DNA from: a virus
DNA: 64,000 nt
Virus record (IMG/VR): IMGVR_UViG_3300042566_000478
Location: 1 to 64,000 of that record
Strand: one strand, 5' to 3'
Shown: positions 63,964 through 64,000 of the stretch, piece after piece
Layout of the letters: every line of letters starts with the position of its first letter
Position numbering within the stretch: position 1 is the stretch's first letter
Made by a program: the position numbers and the translations under genes
Notes under the pieces: generated by a model
The model's input: only the letters and a program-made list of their open reading frames with translations
What the model was told of the DNA's origin: nothing
The model's database searches: none

Positions 63964-64000
63964 CGCTGCTTGAGTGGTAAGACCAGCATCATGTCGTTGT

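Noticed and set aside
44-63980. Plus-strand ORFs in the track (e.g. 21408-22070, 7994-8515, 27337-27837)
   Set aside because: They are antisense shadows of well-supported minus-strand genes, without RBSs or recognisable motifs.
1-64000. Stop-codon recoding or a diversity-generating retroelement
   Set aside because: Genes read full length in the standard code with TAA, TAG and TGA all used as stops; no reverse transcriptase or TR/VR pair was seen.

Overview
A 64-kb segment of a lytic-looking myovirus (contractile tail) that probably infects an actinobacterium (two WhiB genes, a DUF6011-like protein). Essentially all real genes are on the minus strand. Read along the coordinates: (1-13 kb) an early/accessory region of small genes with sigma70-type promoters and intrinsic terminators, a SNF2 helicase, DUF932 and WhiB; (13-17 kb) a secreted transglycosylase and a nucleotide-modification-like cluster; (17-24 kb) small basic/disordered proteins, four sharing an N-terminal MPxG(E/Q)DTRH tag; (24-38 kb) SpoVS plus recombination and replication genes (resolvases, Cas4-like nuclease, RecA, PolA, SSB, SNF2, primase, DnaB, DnaC, initiator with iterons); (38-60 kb) baseplate, tape measure, tube, sheath, head completion, capsid, scaffold and portal; (60-64 kb) HslV-like protease, phosphoesterase and lysis genes. 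No terminase, integrase, tRNA or CRISPR array was seen. The most interesting unexplained signals are: (i) two intergenic multi-hairpin RNA candidates (7645-7792 minus; 37864-37969 plus) whose C/U-rich loops are nearly perfectly complementary to ribosome-binding sites or leaders of the phage's own genes; (ii) an octamer, TGTAATGT, found 15 times in one orientation across 1.5-19.2 kb, overlapping promoters, and only in the opposite orientation afterwards; (iii) the shared N-terminal peptide tag family; (iv) an apparent +1 (not -1) tail-chaperone frameshift. All family assignments come from motif recognition by eye, not database searches, and motif counts are manual.
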